A stretch of DNA of 64,000 nucleotides, taken from NCBI RefSeq assembly GCF_009914755.1, contig NC_060927.1. One strand, 5' to 3'. The stretch comes from the human T2T-CHM13v2.0 reference genome, Homo sapiens. Numbering within the stretch: position 1 is the first letter of the stretch; every line of letters begins with the position of its first letter. The position numbers and the translations under genes are program-made. Under the pieces are notes generated by a model. That model saw nothing but the letters and a program-made list of their open reading frames with translations, made no database searches and was not told the DNA's origin. Positions 12,470 through 27,604 of this stretch are shown here, one piece after another.

Positions 12470-13220
12470 TATGGAATATTAAGTAAGCAAAAAATAAGCA
12501 CAGAGGATATGAACTATGTCATTGAGAAGATAGAATTAATACGTGAGCATTTATCATTTTACCCAACAAACAGAGAATGTGCCATTGGTGGGAAGGTTCA
12601 GGGAACATCGTTAAAAGCTGATCATATCATCAGTCCCGGTGAATATGTCAAAAAGATTTTTCAAACAGATCTTTTAGAGACCACAGTCTTGACCACAATA
12701 TAATAAAGCTAGAAATACTTTCTAAAAATAGAAAGAAAAGTAGAGATTTAAAACTACTCTCCTAAATAACATCTAGGTCAAGGAGGAAATCAAGTACACA
12801 GTAACTGATAACCCAGAAACAATGAAAATCAAACCTACATATCAAAACCCACAGGACGGTCCTCGCCAGCCTCAGAGGCTCGCCCATAACTTTAAACGTG
12901 TTTATTTTCAAACCAGCTCACACACGCAAAGAGAACGTGAAGAGATGAGGCTTTCAACCTCGGATTTTTAAGAAAAGAACAAACCTGAAGAAAAATAGGA
13001 GAAAGAAAATCCTAAAGATAAAAGCAGATAAATAAATTAGAGAACATGAAAGCAGTGAAAATAACAAATAAATACCAGACCTGGTTCTTTGAAAAAAACT
13101 AATAAAATAGAAAAACTTCCTGCAAATCTAATGAAAAAAACTGTAAATGTGAAGGTCTTTCCACTTAAAATTGAGGGCTCTTTAATTTTTTAAACGCAGA
13201 CAGACTATTATAATAAGAGA
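12470..13220 (+). mobile_element. Old L1M ORF2 fragment (end of endonuclease region)
   Basis: CCCAACAAACAGAGAAT, TGACCACAATATAATAAAGCTAGAAAT, CTGGTTCTTTGAAAA...AATAAAATAGA. Confidence 0.7.
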
Positions 13221-16055
13221 AAAAATCTCCAGGTAGGCCGTGGGGAGCGGAAGGGGGGCCAACCCACACCGCAGATGTCCCTCTCCCGGTGGCACCTGCA
13301 GAACTGGGGACATGAAGTTCTCAGATTCTCCTCTTTGGGATCTTAGGAGTCCGCTGCATGAAGGGGAGCACCCTTACTCTTAGGAGACATCTGGGGCTAG
13401 ACCGTCCTTCAAGAGGTCCCGAGCATGTGGAATGGGCAGTCCTAGTGGTCTCCTGGGCCCATTTCACAGAAATGAATCTCAGGCTCAGCCAAGCTAAGGG
13501 CTACAGAAAGGTTCTCTGCGTTGGCCACCTGACGGCCATGCTCACATGGTTCTCTCCCGCTAGAATGGCCTCCCACCCATCTTCCATGTCATCTCTGTTC
13601 TTAATTTTCTTTTCTGATGAATCTTTCTAAGCAGGGGGCAGAGGTCTTAGTGGATTCATGTAGACCACTGGCAACTTTTATTATTGATAAAACACTCCAA
13701 GCTCCCTAGCGGCAACTTCCTTGGCAGTCGCGGAGGCCTGAATGTGAGGAGCTCCACCCAGGCCCCTGCCCTGGCCAGAGCCTGTACCCCGCTGACCCCT
13801 CAGAACCCCTGTCTCCACTGGGGCCACTTCCCCCCACATCCTCACCAACACAGCCCTTCTCACAAAGTAAATGAGGACTGTGTCATTCACCATCGGCGGG
13901 CTCTATAGATTAGGTGAGTTCATAGCCCATGGTTACCAAAATAACAGCACAAAGTAACTAAGTGGAGAGCTGACTCTAACGGCCAAGTTTGTTTTAATGC
14001 TCTCACAAATTACTTTAGTCTTGAACTGATCACCTCATTAATTTAACATTTTTACATAACTGAGGACATTATATGGGAGAATCAGTTGCTAAGATCATGT
14101 CATTTACAACTTGCAAGCGACAAAAACCCAACTCAAACCGGTTTCGCAAAACAAAAAGTAGTGAATCCCTTCCCGTGGGGCCTGGCTGGCCCTGGCTGCT
14201 GCTGATTGGTTCTACTTTCCTGAGTGTGGCCACAACCCCAGGCGGGTCCCCCTCACGCTTGCAAGACAGGCAGCTCTGACCCACATGCAGCCAGCTGGGA
14301 ACCTCGCCACTTCCAGCAGCATCCTGAGGTCAGCTGGCACTGGGCCACTGAGCCTGCCAGGCCTAGGGGACGCAGGTGTCATCCCCCACACGCCGCACAG
14401 ACTGACTTTGTTCTCCAAAGGAAAGCTGAAGGGGATTGTGCTGCTGGCAAAACAACAGACGCCCAGGACAGCATGTTTGCAAATTTGGAGATTCATGAAG
14501 GTCTCCGGGTGATCAAAACGCGCTCTTCAAAGAAGCAGGCTGCAGGATTTAGGGTGTCCCCTTGTGATGTCTGTTACTTACTTTCAAAGAGTTCCGCACA
14601 GAGAAAATGCATAAAGAGAGGAAAAGAGATGGAGCAACTATACAAAAATTTTAACTATTATTGAATCCAGGTGCAAGTCATTCCGATTTCTTCCAATTAG
14701 TCCTCCCATTCTTCTCTGTTTTAAATGTTTTCATAAGCAAAATGGCAGAATAGTTACCAGCTAAATTGTTTTCGAACAATAAGAAAATAATGCACATTTT
14801 GCTGATAAATGTAAGATTTATTTGTGTCAACCCAAGGCCCCCTTCCCCTGGGTGGTGAGAAAGTGTCCTCTTGCTGGAGCTTGCTACACTGAGTGTCCTG
14901 GCAGATAGGCCCCTCAGAAGACAGCCCGGCTAAGAAAGCCTCTGGGCTGGGCCCTGGGACTGTCCCTGAGCCGGGAGCTGTTTGTATACCAGCCAACCTC
15001 TGAATGGCATAGACTCAGCTCAGAGCAGACTCAGCCTGGTCTGGGGGCTCAAGGCAGCTCCGCCTTCGGCCTGCAGCACCTGGCCCCCTGGAAGCCAGGC
15101 CTACACAAGAAGCATCTCCAGGAAGAGGACAAGGCCTCACAGCTGCCACTCTCTACTCCCACTGTACCCGCCAGGGTCCAGACCCGACTCTCCCACCCTC
15201 AATGGTCTGCCAGACAAGGGAGGAGTTCTCTTCTGGGTATTTACATCAGCCCAGGAAGCCGGGAGGAAAAGACCTCTTCACAATGAGACAAGCCCCTTCT
15301 AACAACAGAAAGTGGGTGTGGAGAGGACTTCTACTGTCCAGGAAATGAAGAACAATATGAATGACATATAAAGTAATTTATTTTGAGCTGACCCATAAAC
15401 ACCCAGATTCTGCCAATGCTTCTTTTGATAAAGAAGGGCCAGGCATCAAAAGGAAGCAGCGTGCAGATAACACTGGGGACAACTCCCAGCCACACAGTCT
15501 TCACTGGGTGATCTCAGACAATCATATAACTTCCTTTTGCCTCCGTGTGCTCATCCATGTGATGGGAATAATAGTGTCTCCCAACAGGGTTGTTGTCATG
15601 ATTCCACACTTCTTCAAGGGTCCCCAAGTTAGAGAATGGACTGTAGACCACAGTTCAATGAACTGCACCTCTGTTGGAAACCACAGGCCAACGGCATCCT
15701 ATGACGATCCCAGCCCTTGTCCAGTGGAACAATTCTGTATCCCCTCTGAGAGTGAGGCTGTTCCCTGCAGCCTCACTCCTGGAACTCGTGGGTGTGTTTG
15801 TTGAGAGAGCTCTTTGGGGTTCCTAGGAAGAGACACATCCAGGTGACCTAGAGAGAGCTCTGTGCAGTGTCACATGGAGCCCCCTGGAGCCCATGGAGCC
15901 CCTTGAAGCCCAAGACATAATGACCCCAGGGTGCACAGTATGGTCAATGTCATGCAGAACCAGGCCTGGACTAACACCATTGCAGAATCATCTGCTGCTC
16001 AGAAAGCCCTAGTCAAGGCAGGCAAGTTCAAGCTAAAATTCCCTGCAGTGGGAAA

Positions 16056-16057
<2 letters not shown>

Positions 16058-16130
<73 letters not shown>
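16058..16130. repeat. Compound (CA)n(GA)n microsatellite
   Basis: Direct inspection. Confidence 0.97.
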
Positions 16131-16527
16131 AAACCACAGTTAGCGGAACCTTAAGAAACATAATACGTGCTCATATCCATAAGGTATTTTACTGTCTTTC
16201 GAGCCCCTGCATGGCCATGGTCTTATCTGAGTCTCACACCAGTCCTGTGGGGCCTCCCCACTTTACTGCTGAGAAATGGGTCTAGCTCCAGCTCCCCACT
16301 GTCACCAGGAAGCACAAATGACTTCCGAATCTCCCCAAACATGCTTTTCATCAGGGGACTTTTAATCAGTTCAGAAATGTCCTCCCCCTGCCACTCGCTG
16401 TGGCTGCTGTGATCTTAGACCCTGCAGAGGCTCCCAGCTCTCTTCTGCAGGTATCTTGTGCCTCCACCTGCAGCCTGGAGGCTCCAGGGGTGGCCTGAGA
16501 GATGCTGGAGCTCTGAGGTCTATTTTG

Positions 16528-17158
<631 letters not shown>

Positions 17159-17199
17159 CTTAGTGCCCCTGTCCTTCACCCCTCTTTGTATCGCCTGGA

Positions 17200-17550
17200 G
17201 GAGAGCACATTTTCTACCCACTCAAGGCTAGGTTTGTCTTGCTTTGGCCAAAGGTGCATCAGCAGACATGAATGTGAGCAGAAGCCTTAAATATGCATGT
17301 CTGGCTGACTCTGCCCTTATGCATGAGAAGAACATGCCTCCGAAGCCACTGCTCTAAGGAAGATCAAAGACAGAAAGCTGGGGGTGCGGCCCCCAGCTCA
17401 AGTGTTGGGGTCCAGCCCCACCGAGCCCAGTCTCGGCCCCTGAATGCCTGCTGACCGGGCAAATGTGAGAGAAGAATAAACGAGATTGTTGTAGGCCACC
17501 GAGTCTCATGGTGGTTTGTTAAACAGCATTATTGTGGCAATAGCTTGCTG
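17200..17550 (+). mobile_element. MLT1G/H-like MaLR LTR
   Basis: TGCTTTGGCCAA, CATGAGAAGAACATGCC, AATAAA...GGTGGTTTGTTAAACAGCATTATTGTGGCAATAGC. Confidence 0.7.
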
Positions 17551-17684
17551 AGGCCATGTCCAACAAGGGTGACTCACAAACGTTTGCAACATTTGTTAGT
17601 TTTCAAGACTTTTGCATCCATTTTATCAAGAGATCCCTGCTTTATGAATAACGAGACCACAAGAGACAGCAGCAATAATGGCAG

Positions 17685-18485
17685 GCTCCCACCCAGGGCC
17701 CTGGCCCTGCAGCTCCCTTTGTCTGGAATGTTCTTCCCTAAGTATCCACAGAGCACTCTTCGGCTCTGGCGTCTCTGCTCAGCGAGGCCCTGCCCCACCA
17801 CCTACTCCCCCGGGAAGCCCCCTCCCCCTGGGCACTCCCGACTCCCATTCCCTGCTTTATCACCTTTTCCCATGATGTGTCGTGTTCTTTTTATTTCATT
17901 TCTTCTCTCTCTTCCCCTCTAGACTGTGAACTCTATGGACCAGGCATTCGTGTGTTCCGTTCACTGCTAAGCTGTTTCCCATCCTGTGTCTCCTGTCCTT
18001 CCCAGCACACTCAGTGCACTCAGCCCTGCCTGGCCTGTCCAGCCCCACCTGTGACCTCTCAGCCCTCCTGGCCCCACCCCAGCCCTGCTCCCTGTGTTTG
18101 CCACACTGGTCTCCTCGCTGTTCCTCAACAGGCATGGCAGGCCCAGGCCTTTGCATCGGCTATTCCCTTGGCCTGAAATGCCTGAAACACCTTTCCCCTA
18201 GATTGCCCCAAGGCTCGACTCCTCACCTTCCTACCTTCCTCAGCACCTTATTTTAGACTGCAGCTCTTCCTGCCCCCACCCCATGGTGCCTGTCCCTCCC
18301 CAGCTCCATTTTTCTCCTTAGCTCTTGGTGCCTTCTCCCACACCCTGCATCCACCTGCGTCTGCCTCGGCCCTGGCATGCCAGCTCCTGAGGGCAGGGAT
18401 TGTGTCTGCCTTATTCATTGCTGTGCCCCCAGACCTTGAACAATGCCTGACACATAGTAGGTGCTCAGTAAAAACTCACTGAGTC
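17685..18485 (+). mobile_element. L2 fragments (two 3' ends)
   Basis: CTAGACTGTGAACTC (17919) and GAGGGCAGGGATTGTGTCTG...TGCCTGACACATAGTAGGTGCTCAGTAAA (18390-18471). Confidence 0.75.
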
Positions 18486-19089
18486 AAGAGGAGGGAGGAG
18501 GAAGAGGGGCCCAGGAAAAGGTGCATGGATTGCTGGGAACCTGCGTGAAGAAGGTAAACATTCAGGAGCTGGGATTTAGGAAACTGCACCCCAGAGGCTC
18601 AGGCTCTTCTGGGTCCCTAACAGGCCTACGCTTCAGGGCTCGGCTTTAGCACTCCACTGGGCCTTATCTCTCCACACGGAAACATCCTGAGGCCTCCACT
18701 GACTAAGCTCAGCTGCAGGGGCTTTTGTTCCACCAGAGCAGAAATGAGAAAGCTCTGTGGGTTTTGCACGCCAGTGACAGACTCCAGCACGTCAGGCCTG
18801 CGGTGTGAGTGCGCTGGGGGAGGGAGGAGGCCAGGCATTGTGGGGAAGTCAGGAACCGAGGTTGCTGGGGGGACCTTGCCACAGCCCACAGCCCGCAGCC
18901 CGCAAGGTGTGGTCCCTGCGACCCCCAAACCGCTCCCTATCAGAAACTCTCATGGAGATGAAAGGTGGAGTGGCAGGAGGGGCAGGCACCCGACTTTCCC
19001 TCTGAGCCTCCATTTCCTCATCTGTAACACAGGACAATGAGGAGCCGGGAGGACTCCGTGGGAGCGAAACCCAGCTAACACCCGGTGCC

Positions 19090-19260
19090 ACTGCCCTGCA
19101 TGGCACTGAATGCTTTCTGTACATCACTCGCCCAGGGCCCAGCAACCCTGTGAGGGAAGTAGTGTTAGTGCCCTCCACAGACGAGGAAGCTGAGGCACAG
19201 AGAGATCAAGTGACCTGCCCAAAGCCCCACAGTTAGGATGCAGAGCTGGTCCAGGGTCCT
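19090..19260 (-). mobile_element. MIR SINE
   Basis: CAACCCTGTGAGG...ACAGACGAGGAAGCTGAGGCACAGAGAGATCAAGTGACCTGCCCAA. Confidence 0.75.
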
Positions 19261-19545
19261 GTCTTCTCCAGTCTGCTGTGCACCACCCCTGCTATGTAAG
19301 TCGAGCCCCTAGAACACAGGGATGAAAGCAAGAGAAGGAGTATGGCCCAGTCACAGAGAGGATGCCAGGGGGACTTACGCCCCTGCTAAGTACCAGCTCT
19401 GGCTTGTGCCTGGCTCAGCCAAGCTCTGACGCTATTCTGAGCACAGCCCTGGACTTCCGGACACCTGAGAAAACAAAGCAGGCACAGAGTCCCACTTCGC
19501 CCATCTGAGAGTCTTGTGGGTCAGTTCATCAGCCCCCTGAGCCCT

Positions 19546-19970
19546 GGTGGCAGAGATTAGCTAATTGTTCAGCAACTCACTGCCCTTTCCTCTGGGGCCA
19601 GGAGGAATGCCTGGGCATCATTCCCAGCCCTCCTTGCCCTGGGGTGTGGCCATGTGGCTGAGTTCTGTCCAGCCAATGAATGTGGTGAAAATGATGCTCA
19701 CACACTCGGATCTGGATCATGAAGGCTCTGGTGTGATCCTCCACATATTTTCTTCCCATATCTGCCAGTCAGATGTTAACACCTAGAGTGACTTACAAGC
19801 CCCATGTTGACAGTGGTAAAACCTCCATCATCCTGGGTCTCTGAATGACTGCATGGAGCCCCTATCTTAGTCACAGTGAAACTTTACATGAGTGAGAAAT
19901 AGCATCATCTATTGTGTGACGCCACTGAGATTTGGGGTTGTCTTTTTTCTGCAGCCACTAGGGCTGCTCT
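19546..19970 (+). mobile_element. MLT1J-like MaLR LTR
   Basis: GGCCATGTGGCTGAGTTCTG, CCTGGGTCTCTGAATGACTGCATGGAGC, GCCACTGAGATTTGGGGTTG. Confidence 0.75.
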
Positions 19971-20137
19971 ATCACACCCACCTTCCTTATCTTTAACATA
20001 GGGATAATAATTTGGATCTTCAAGTTGTTAGGTGGGTTAAATTAAATGTGATAAAGTGTCCGGATGCAGGGAATACTCAGCGAACATTGATTTAGTGTTT
20101 GCTGAATGTTTGGGTGAGCCCATGGGTGTTTGGCTAG

Positions 20138-21220
20138 TGTATTAGGTAGGATTGCTTTTGGCTATAAATGACAAGATGCTGGGTGAACAGTTGTTTAAAC
20201 CACAAGGATGTGTGTGGCTTACTCAGCAGGCCCTCTGGAAGTAGGCAGTCTGGAGTTCCTTCCTTGGCCCAGTGATGACAGGTCCTTCCCTCCAATGCCC
20301 TTGGCCACTGTCAGCACGCCAGCCTCTTACTCCTGCACTTGGCCCTCTGTGGTCCTTGAAGCTGCAGGCACAAAGAAGGGAAGCACCAGAGGGAAATGCT
20401 TTCTCCTTGAGAGGCTCCATCTCTTTCTCCATCTGAAAGCAAACTTTTCCCCAAAGCCCCCAGGTGAGACGGCCTTTCCTCGTATAAGCCAGCAGCAGGT
20501 CCCTTGTCCATTTCCCTGCAAGGGAACATGAATTGGCTCCTGGTGGGCAACTGAAGCATCTGCCAGAGTTGGGAAAGAACATGGAAGGTGGTCAGGGCCC
20601 AGAGAGTAGCCGCAGACATCAGAGATAAAAAAACTGAGCAACTCTGACCAGGAAGGGGCAGCAGCTACTGAAATAAGGGAGCCCTGGGCCCAGGAAAGAC
20701 TGGGGCCGATGGAGGGGTGGGGACCAGGCAAGAGGCCAAGTTCACATGCATGGCCAGGGCAGGGCACCCACAGCAGTGGCTGAGCTGCAGGAGGGGAAGT
20801 CAGTGACCACGAAGGCCCTAGTTCACCCATCAAGCGTGGTGCAGGGTTTTCTTTGTGCATCGGTCTGAATTATTTCCATTGCAAACAACAGATTCCCACT
20901 CAAACTGGTCTGAGCCTTAAAGATGATGAGTGGTCTCAAAAACTGAAAATCTGCAGCAGATCTGACGGAGCTGGACCCTGGGCTTGTGATGTCCTCAGGG
21001 CTCAGCCTCTCTGTGTGTCTGCTCTGATTTCCTCTAAGCTGGCACCACCTCACAAAAACCTTTCCCCTGGGGAGGTGGCGAAGACAACTTCCAGCAGCTC
21101 CAAGCTCCCTTCCTTAGCTTCCTGACCCCATGGGAAAAGAAGACTCTTCCCGGTGGTTTCAGCAAAAATCCTGGGGTTTACTCTGATTGGCCAATGTGGT
21201 CACGTGTGCAGCTCTGAGGT
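20138..21220 (-). mobile_element. Two old MLT1 (K/L-like) LTR fragments
   Basis: TGTATTAGGTAGGATTGCTTTTGGCT at 20138; TTGCAAACAACAGATTCCCACTCAAACTGG at ~20880 and CTCTGATTGGCCA...GGTCACGTG at ~21190. Confidence 0.55.
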
Positions 21221-21812
21221 GTGGGCGGCATCAGTGTCTAGCTGGAAAATAATCATTTAATCACAGGCTTCAGGAGCCAGGACCCTGTGCCCGTCCTGCC
21301 CATTCCAGGCCCCAGGGACCTCAGAGCCTCCACTGAGGCACCTCAGAGAGATGAGTGTGCAGGGGACATTAAGGCCTCTCCTGAGCCAGGACTGGCTGCA
21401 GCTCACAGGCCAGTGGACTGAGGAGCAGGGAAGCCATGGCGAAGGGCTGGCTCCTGCCACAGGCAATAGCATCAGTGCGGAGACGAGGCCGGGCACAGTG
21501 GGGGCTACACCAGCAGTTCCAGTCTGCAGACCCCACATGGAACGATAAAAAACTGAACCTCTCAGTATCCTGTCTCCAGACCTGCCTGGGAGCCCCTTGT
21601 GCAATGGATGACCACAGCCACCAGCCTTACCTTGATCGCTTCCAAAGGAGGGAGGCTCACTACCTCTTCTCTGCATTACCATAACTACTGATTTAGATGG
21701 TATCTCAAGCAATGTGGAGACACTCAACCGCTGACCTTCCCCCAACATCAGCACCTCTGAGACGTCCCCATTTCATTGTATACTAGCTCCATTCTTCCAG
21801 CCGCTGAGATCA

Positions 21813-21862
21813 GTCTCTCTCTCTCTCTCTCCCTTTCTCTCTCACAAACACACACACACACA
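21813..21862. repeat. (TC)n(CA)n microsatellite
   Basis: Direct inspection. Confidence 0.9.
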
Positions 21863-21899
21863 CCCCTAACCCATACACAAATCTTGTTGGCTCCACTTC

Positions 21900-22320
21900 C
21901 AGATCTGTGCAGACTCCATCCAGAATTCTCCCCACCCTCCTGCTGCAACCCTGACTGCAGCCACTGCTCCTCTGGCCTGGACAATTGCAGCAGCCACCCC
22001 TCTGGTCTCCCTGCCACCATTCCTGACCTTCCTACCAACAGCCAGAGCGAGTCTTCTACGTGCCTGTCAGACGGTGTCTCTGCTCAGCCCCCATCATGTC
22101 TCCCCATCTCACACGTAATTCAATGGCCAAGAGGATCCTATGCGACCTGAACCAAACTCCTCCACTGACCTCCTCCACACAGATTTCTGTGGTATTTCTC
22201 GAACGTGCCACAAACACTCTTTCCCCCAGGACCCTTGCACCTTCTGCCTGACTGCTCTGCCACACCACTCCTTCACCTCTGCGTAGCTGGCTCCTTTTTG
22301 GCACCCAGCCCCCCCACCCT
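21900..22320 (+). mobile_element. L2 fragment
   Basis: CCTGGACAATTGCAGCAGCCACCCCTCTGGTCTCCCTGC...ACAGCCAGAG...GGACCCTTGCACCTTCTGCCTG. Confidence 0.65.
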
Positions 22321-22446
22321 CCCCTCACACCTCCCCTCCCTTGCCACCAGAGAGCACACAGGATTGACTTCCACAATCACAGGGACTTCAAGGAAGGGAA
22401 TGAAAGGGGGCAATGGAAAGACTGAGCATGTACCCCAATATAGTCA

Positions 22447-22650
22447 GACATACACACACACATACACATGAGTACAAACACACACACACGAGTACATACA
22501 CAGGAGTACACACACACAAGTACACAAACAAACACACATGAGTACACACACACAAGTATACACACATGAGTATAAACACACAAGTACACACTCACACAAA
22601 CACACATGAGTACACACACACACATAAGTATACACACACACACAGCAGAG
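22447..22650. repeat. Degenerate higher-order repeat, (CA)n blocks punctuated by AGTA
   Basis: About 12 units such as CACACACATGAGTA and CACACACAAGTA. Confidence 0.9.
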
Positions 22651-23699
22651 TAGGCACATGTGCGGAAATCGGATCTGTTCTGGAGAAAGAAGGTTTGTGC
22701 ATCTGAGCTGTAATGCCAGTAAGTCTGTGATTTTGCTTCAAATGCTTCCATTTCCCTGGCCACAGTGATTGGTCTGCCCCAAACTGGCCACTCAGAGCCA
22801 ATCTCCAAGATGTTTGAGTTTACAAACAGAAAATGTAAACCAGGGAGCTGCAGGTGCCACCATTCCAGGGCCACAGAAGAAGCTAGCCTGAGAGAATGTA
22901 GCCAACGTGCAGAGACACGTGGGAATCCAACGGGAAGAGTAAGGAAGCATCCCGCCCCAGGTATCTTTTGGCAGCTGACCCCTGGTCTTCCTGGTTGGGC
23001 TGAACGCACCCACACATTCTCCTCATTGCCTGATCAGTCCGTTGTAGGTTTCTGGCTCTTGGAACACAATGATTTTGACCAATCAGGCCCCGGACACACT
23101 GTGTGCTGGAGATTGTACTCAGCCCCGGGCCTCAGAGGAGAGAGGATTCAGACAAAGCTAAAGGAGCAGGAGAGCTGGGTCCCAATGGACAGGGAGAAGT
23201 CCCCATGTAGACAGGAGTGGGAGGTGCATCCTGGTCAGAGGGCATGGCACTCAGGGCACAAGTGAGTCCCCCAAGAGCTGGAAAACAAGAGCCCAGGCAG
23301 AGAGGAGATGAATAACTGATCCAAATGGGAAAGACACCATTCTGAGGACCCTGTGATGGGGTGCTGTGGGGGATGACCCTCAAAAGAGAAAGGGGCAGAG
23401 GAAAAGGAAGGAATGCAGCAGCCAGACCTGCCCAAGGCCTGACTCAGCCCTTGATTTGCCACCAAGCCCTGGGCAGGCTGCTTCAGCCATCTGAGGCTCA
23501 GTGTTCCCGTCTGTGAAATGGTGTATTTAAGAAATCAAATGAGGTTAGGGATAAGAAAAGTGCTTGGCAAATGCTGTTCACCTGCTCAAGTGAGGGCACG
23601 GGGGTGTTGCAAGCAAGGCAATTGTGCAGGAGACCCAAGGCATGCTGCCTCCCTGCTCTGGCCTCAAGAGTCCTCAACTGCCCGCTCTGCTGTTGTCAG

Positions 23700-24260
23700 C
23701 AATTATGTGTCACATGCACTGTGCCAGAGATATCAGACAAGGTCCCTGTCCTCAGAGGGCTTACACTCCAGGTGATAAGTAAGTAGAAGTAGACACAAAT
23801 AAAGAACTAGGGTGATTCAGGCCGTGGTAAGTGCCAAGTGAAAAATAAATCTGGGCAAGGGCTCCAGAGTGACAGGGAGGAGAGCCCCATCCGGGTGGTC
23901 AGGGAAGGCCTTTCGGACATGGTGGCCTTTGAGCTGAGACCTGAATGGTGCAAGAGAGTGACTGGGTATGGGAAACTGAGGCCTACAGCCGCCAGTCCCC
24001 TAGCTGACAACTGAGCCCCTGGGGCATCCTGGGGCCTGGGCTGCACACTGAAGACAGGGAAATGACGAATCCCCAATCCCACAGGAACACACTGGTGAGT
24101 GGACATTAGATAAGCCCATTATTGAAAGTCACAGTCACAGAGTGTTGCTGTCATAGACAAAGGGGCAGCAAGAGGCCCCACAGGCCAGTGGAAGCCCAGG
24201 GCAGGAGGAACCTCACCCGGTCTAGTAGGGAGGGCTTCCTGGAGTAGGTGAGGAAGTATG
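23700..24260 (-). mobile_element. L2 fragments
   Basis: GACAAGGTCCCTGTCCTCA...GGTGGTCAGGGAAGGCCT...TTTGAGCTGAGACCTGAATG; GGAGGGCTTCCTGGAG. Confidence 0.65.
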
Positions 24261-24365
24261 CTCCGGAGGACAGAGGAAACGGCAGGAGCAAGAATTAGGA
24301 GATGACAACTGGAATAGCAAAATCCCTGGGTTTTTGAACTCCACAGGGACAGCCACATTCATCCC

Positions 24366-24917
24366 GGCTGTGGACTGAACTGTGTCCCCTTCAGATGTCA
24401 TATGTTGAAGCCCTTGCCTCCACTGTGACTGCATTTGGAGACTGGGCCTATCAGGAGGTAATGAAGGTGAAATGAGAGCATGGGGTGGGCCCCTGATCCC
24501 ATAAGATTCCTGTTCTCATAAGAAGAGGCACCATGGTGGTATGCACCTGTGGTCCCAGCTACTCAGGAAGCTGAGGTGGGAGGATCCCTTGAGCCCAGGA
24601 GCTCAAGGTTGCAGTGAGCTATGATGGTGCCACTGCACTCCAGCCTAGGCAACAGAGCAAGAGCTTGTCTCTAAACCAAAAAAGAATTAGAAGAAGAAAC
24701 ACCAGAAAACTCACTCTCTTGCTCTCCAAACATGCACAGATAAGAGATCACATGGAGACACAGCAAGAAGGCAGCTGTCTGCAGCCAGGAAGAGAGCCCT
24801 CAGCAGAACCTGCGCCTGCCAGCACCATGGTCTTGGACTCCCAGTCTCCAGAACTATGAGAAAGTAAGTGTCTGTTGTTGAAGCCACCCAGTCTATGGCA
24901 GCCTGAGCAGACTGACA
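24366..24917 (+). mobile_element. MLT1A0-like LTR containing an Alu right monomer (24533-24690)
   Basis: TGTGGACTGAACTGTGTCCCC...GACTCCCAGTCTCCAGAACTATGAGAAA...AAGCCACCCAGTCTATGG; Alu arm flanked by AAGAAGAGGCACCA/AAGAAGAAACACCA duplication. Confidence 0.85.
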
Positions 24918-25685
24918 TCCTCACACCACCACCTAGAAAGAGCAGCTATTTGTATCCCCAGTTTACAGATGGGGAAACCAAGGCCCAGAGATAATACATG
25001 ACTTGCCTGTGATCCCACAGCTGTAAGTCAGAGTTAAGACTGGAGCCCAGGCCATCTCCCTCCACCACCCACACCTGACATCCGCACACTGCGCTTCCTG
25101 CATGGTGGACAGTGCCTGCCTGCTCACAACTGGGACCACTGCCTCCTCTGCTTCTCTGTAGCCCTGGCCCTAGCTCGTGGAAGGAGCAACAGGGCCATAT
25201 TTGAGTTTCAGAGCACTGCTCAGGGGGGCAGAAGGCAGGGTCAGATTCTTCTGGAAGAGGTCGGAGGTTTCCCAGCCAGAACAAAACTGGGATGAGAAGC
25301 TGGGGTTCCTCCCACCCCTCTCCAGGACCTGTGAATGTCCCTCCCCTGTGGAGCTGGAAAGCCAGCCCGAAGGCACCTGCCCCGTGGGAGGACACACCCC
25401 TGAGCCTGGATGCCTCATCTCCTGCAGCTTTGGAATTCTAGCCCCTACCCCCACCATGCCCACCCCCCCTTGCCTTCCTCTCATGGGCCCCCATCTTTCC
25501 CCAGCCCATCCAGCTCCTGACAGCCAGCCCTAAAACCTCCTTAACTGAGAGTCTATGCCTGCTGGGGTGTTTGGTTAGAAGGCATTTAAGCAAATCAGAG
25601 GGGATCCTCAAGGGAGCCTCAGCCCCTCCCCAGGGCCCCTCCTAGGCCTACTCAGCAAAAGGGCATTAAAACCACGCTTTAAAAA

Positions 25686-25853
25686 CTTAGCTGGTGCAGT
25701 GGCACACACCTGTGGTCCCAGCTACTCAGGAGGCTGAGGCAGGATGATGGCTTGAGCCCAGGAGGTCAAGGCTACAGTGAGCTAGGATTGCACCATTGCA
25801 CTCCAGCCTGGGCAACAGAGCAACACCCTGTCTCTAAAAAGAAAAAGAAAAAA
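25686..25853 (+). mobile_element. AluJ right monomer/FRAM
   Basis: CCTGTGGTCCCAGCTACTCAGGAGGCTGAGG...GAGCCCAGGAGGTCAAGGCT...A tail. Confidence 0.9.
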
Positions 25854-25859
25854 TTTAAT

Positions 25860-26648
<789 letters not shown>

Positions 26649-27604
26649 TGCAAAAGCAAAACGCAGCACTGACTCCGGGCAAGGGTGGGAGGGAAGGAAC
26701 TGGGCTTATCAGAGCATTAGGGATAGTTGGGTCTGGGTGGGTGGTCCTAGGCCCCAACTAGTGAGGGGATCCCACTTCCCTGCTGAATGAAAAGGGTGAA
26801 GACTTGAGAGCGCTGTGAGCTGCAAGGAGACTGAGTTCTAGAAGGGAGAGGAGTCCGTGCACACAGACCCCAGTGGGACCTGGGCCTGTCACTTCCCCTC
26901 TGAGCCTGGTCAAACAGGGGAGCCAACATTTACTAGGCAGCCTCCAAGGGCCAGACAGAGCACTCTGTGCTGTGATGCTCGGCGAATCTCATCCCCACAG
27001 GAACCTGAGAGGTGGGACCTGTTACAATCCCCACTTCACAGAAGAGGAAGCCAAGGATCTGAGAGGTGAAATGACCTGCTCAGTTTACACAGCAGAAATG
27101 TGAGAACGCTGAGAGTTGATCTGGAATCCATACTGTTCACTGTTCTGCTCTGCCTTGCAGGCTGGAAGCTTCCAGCAGTGGAAGGGGCTGAAGACTGGTT
27201 CCAGGGCACAAACTGGCATGTAGCCTTCATGTCCCCTCAGAGATCTGGCCCACAGAGACACATGACTAGCTGAGCATCACTTGCTGCCACAGGGGAGTGG
27301 GCAGGGGACCTAGCCCATGCAGCAACCTTGTGGTGGAACTGCCCTGGGAGTGGCCCACGCTACCTGGGTGGCCCCAACTTTTCCTTCTGTGCTTCTTGGC
27401 CTGCCTCCCTGGCCACAGTTGATTGACCTATGGCCAACTGACCCATGTTGGACCAATCAGAGTCCTTCCAAGGGTTTTTGCACTGTAGCTGGGGGAGCCA
27501 TTCAACCATCTTTAATAGTGGGAGTCAGGAACAATGGGAGACAGTAGAACCTGCATGAGGAGGCACTGAAGCTGGTGTTCAGGAGAGGCAAACACAAAAA
27601 GAGC

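Noticed and set aside
22447-22650. CRISPR-like periodicity
   Set aside because: The DNA is eukaryotic, the intervening parts are CA runs rather than unique spacers, and there are no cas genes.
22377-23015. 212-aa Cys/Val-rich ORF
   Set aside because: It stays open because it crosses the (TG)n-rich repeat.
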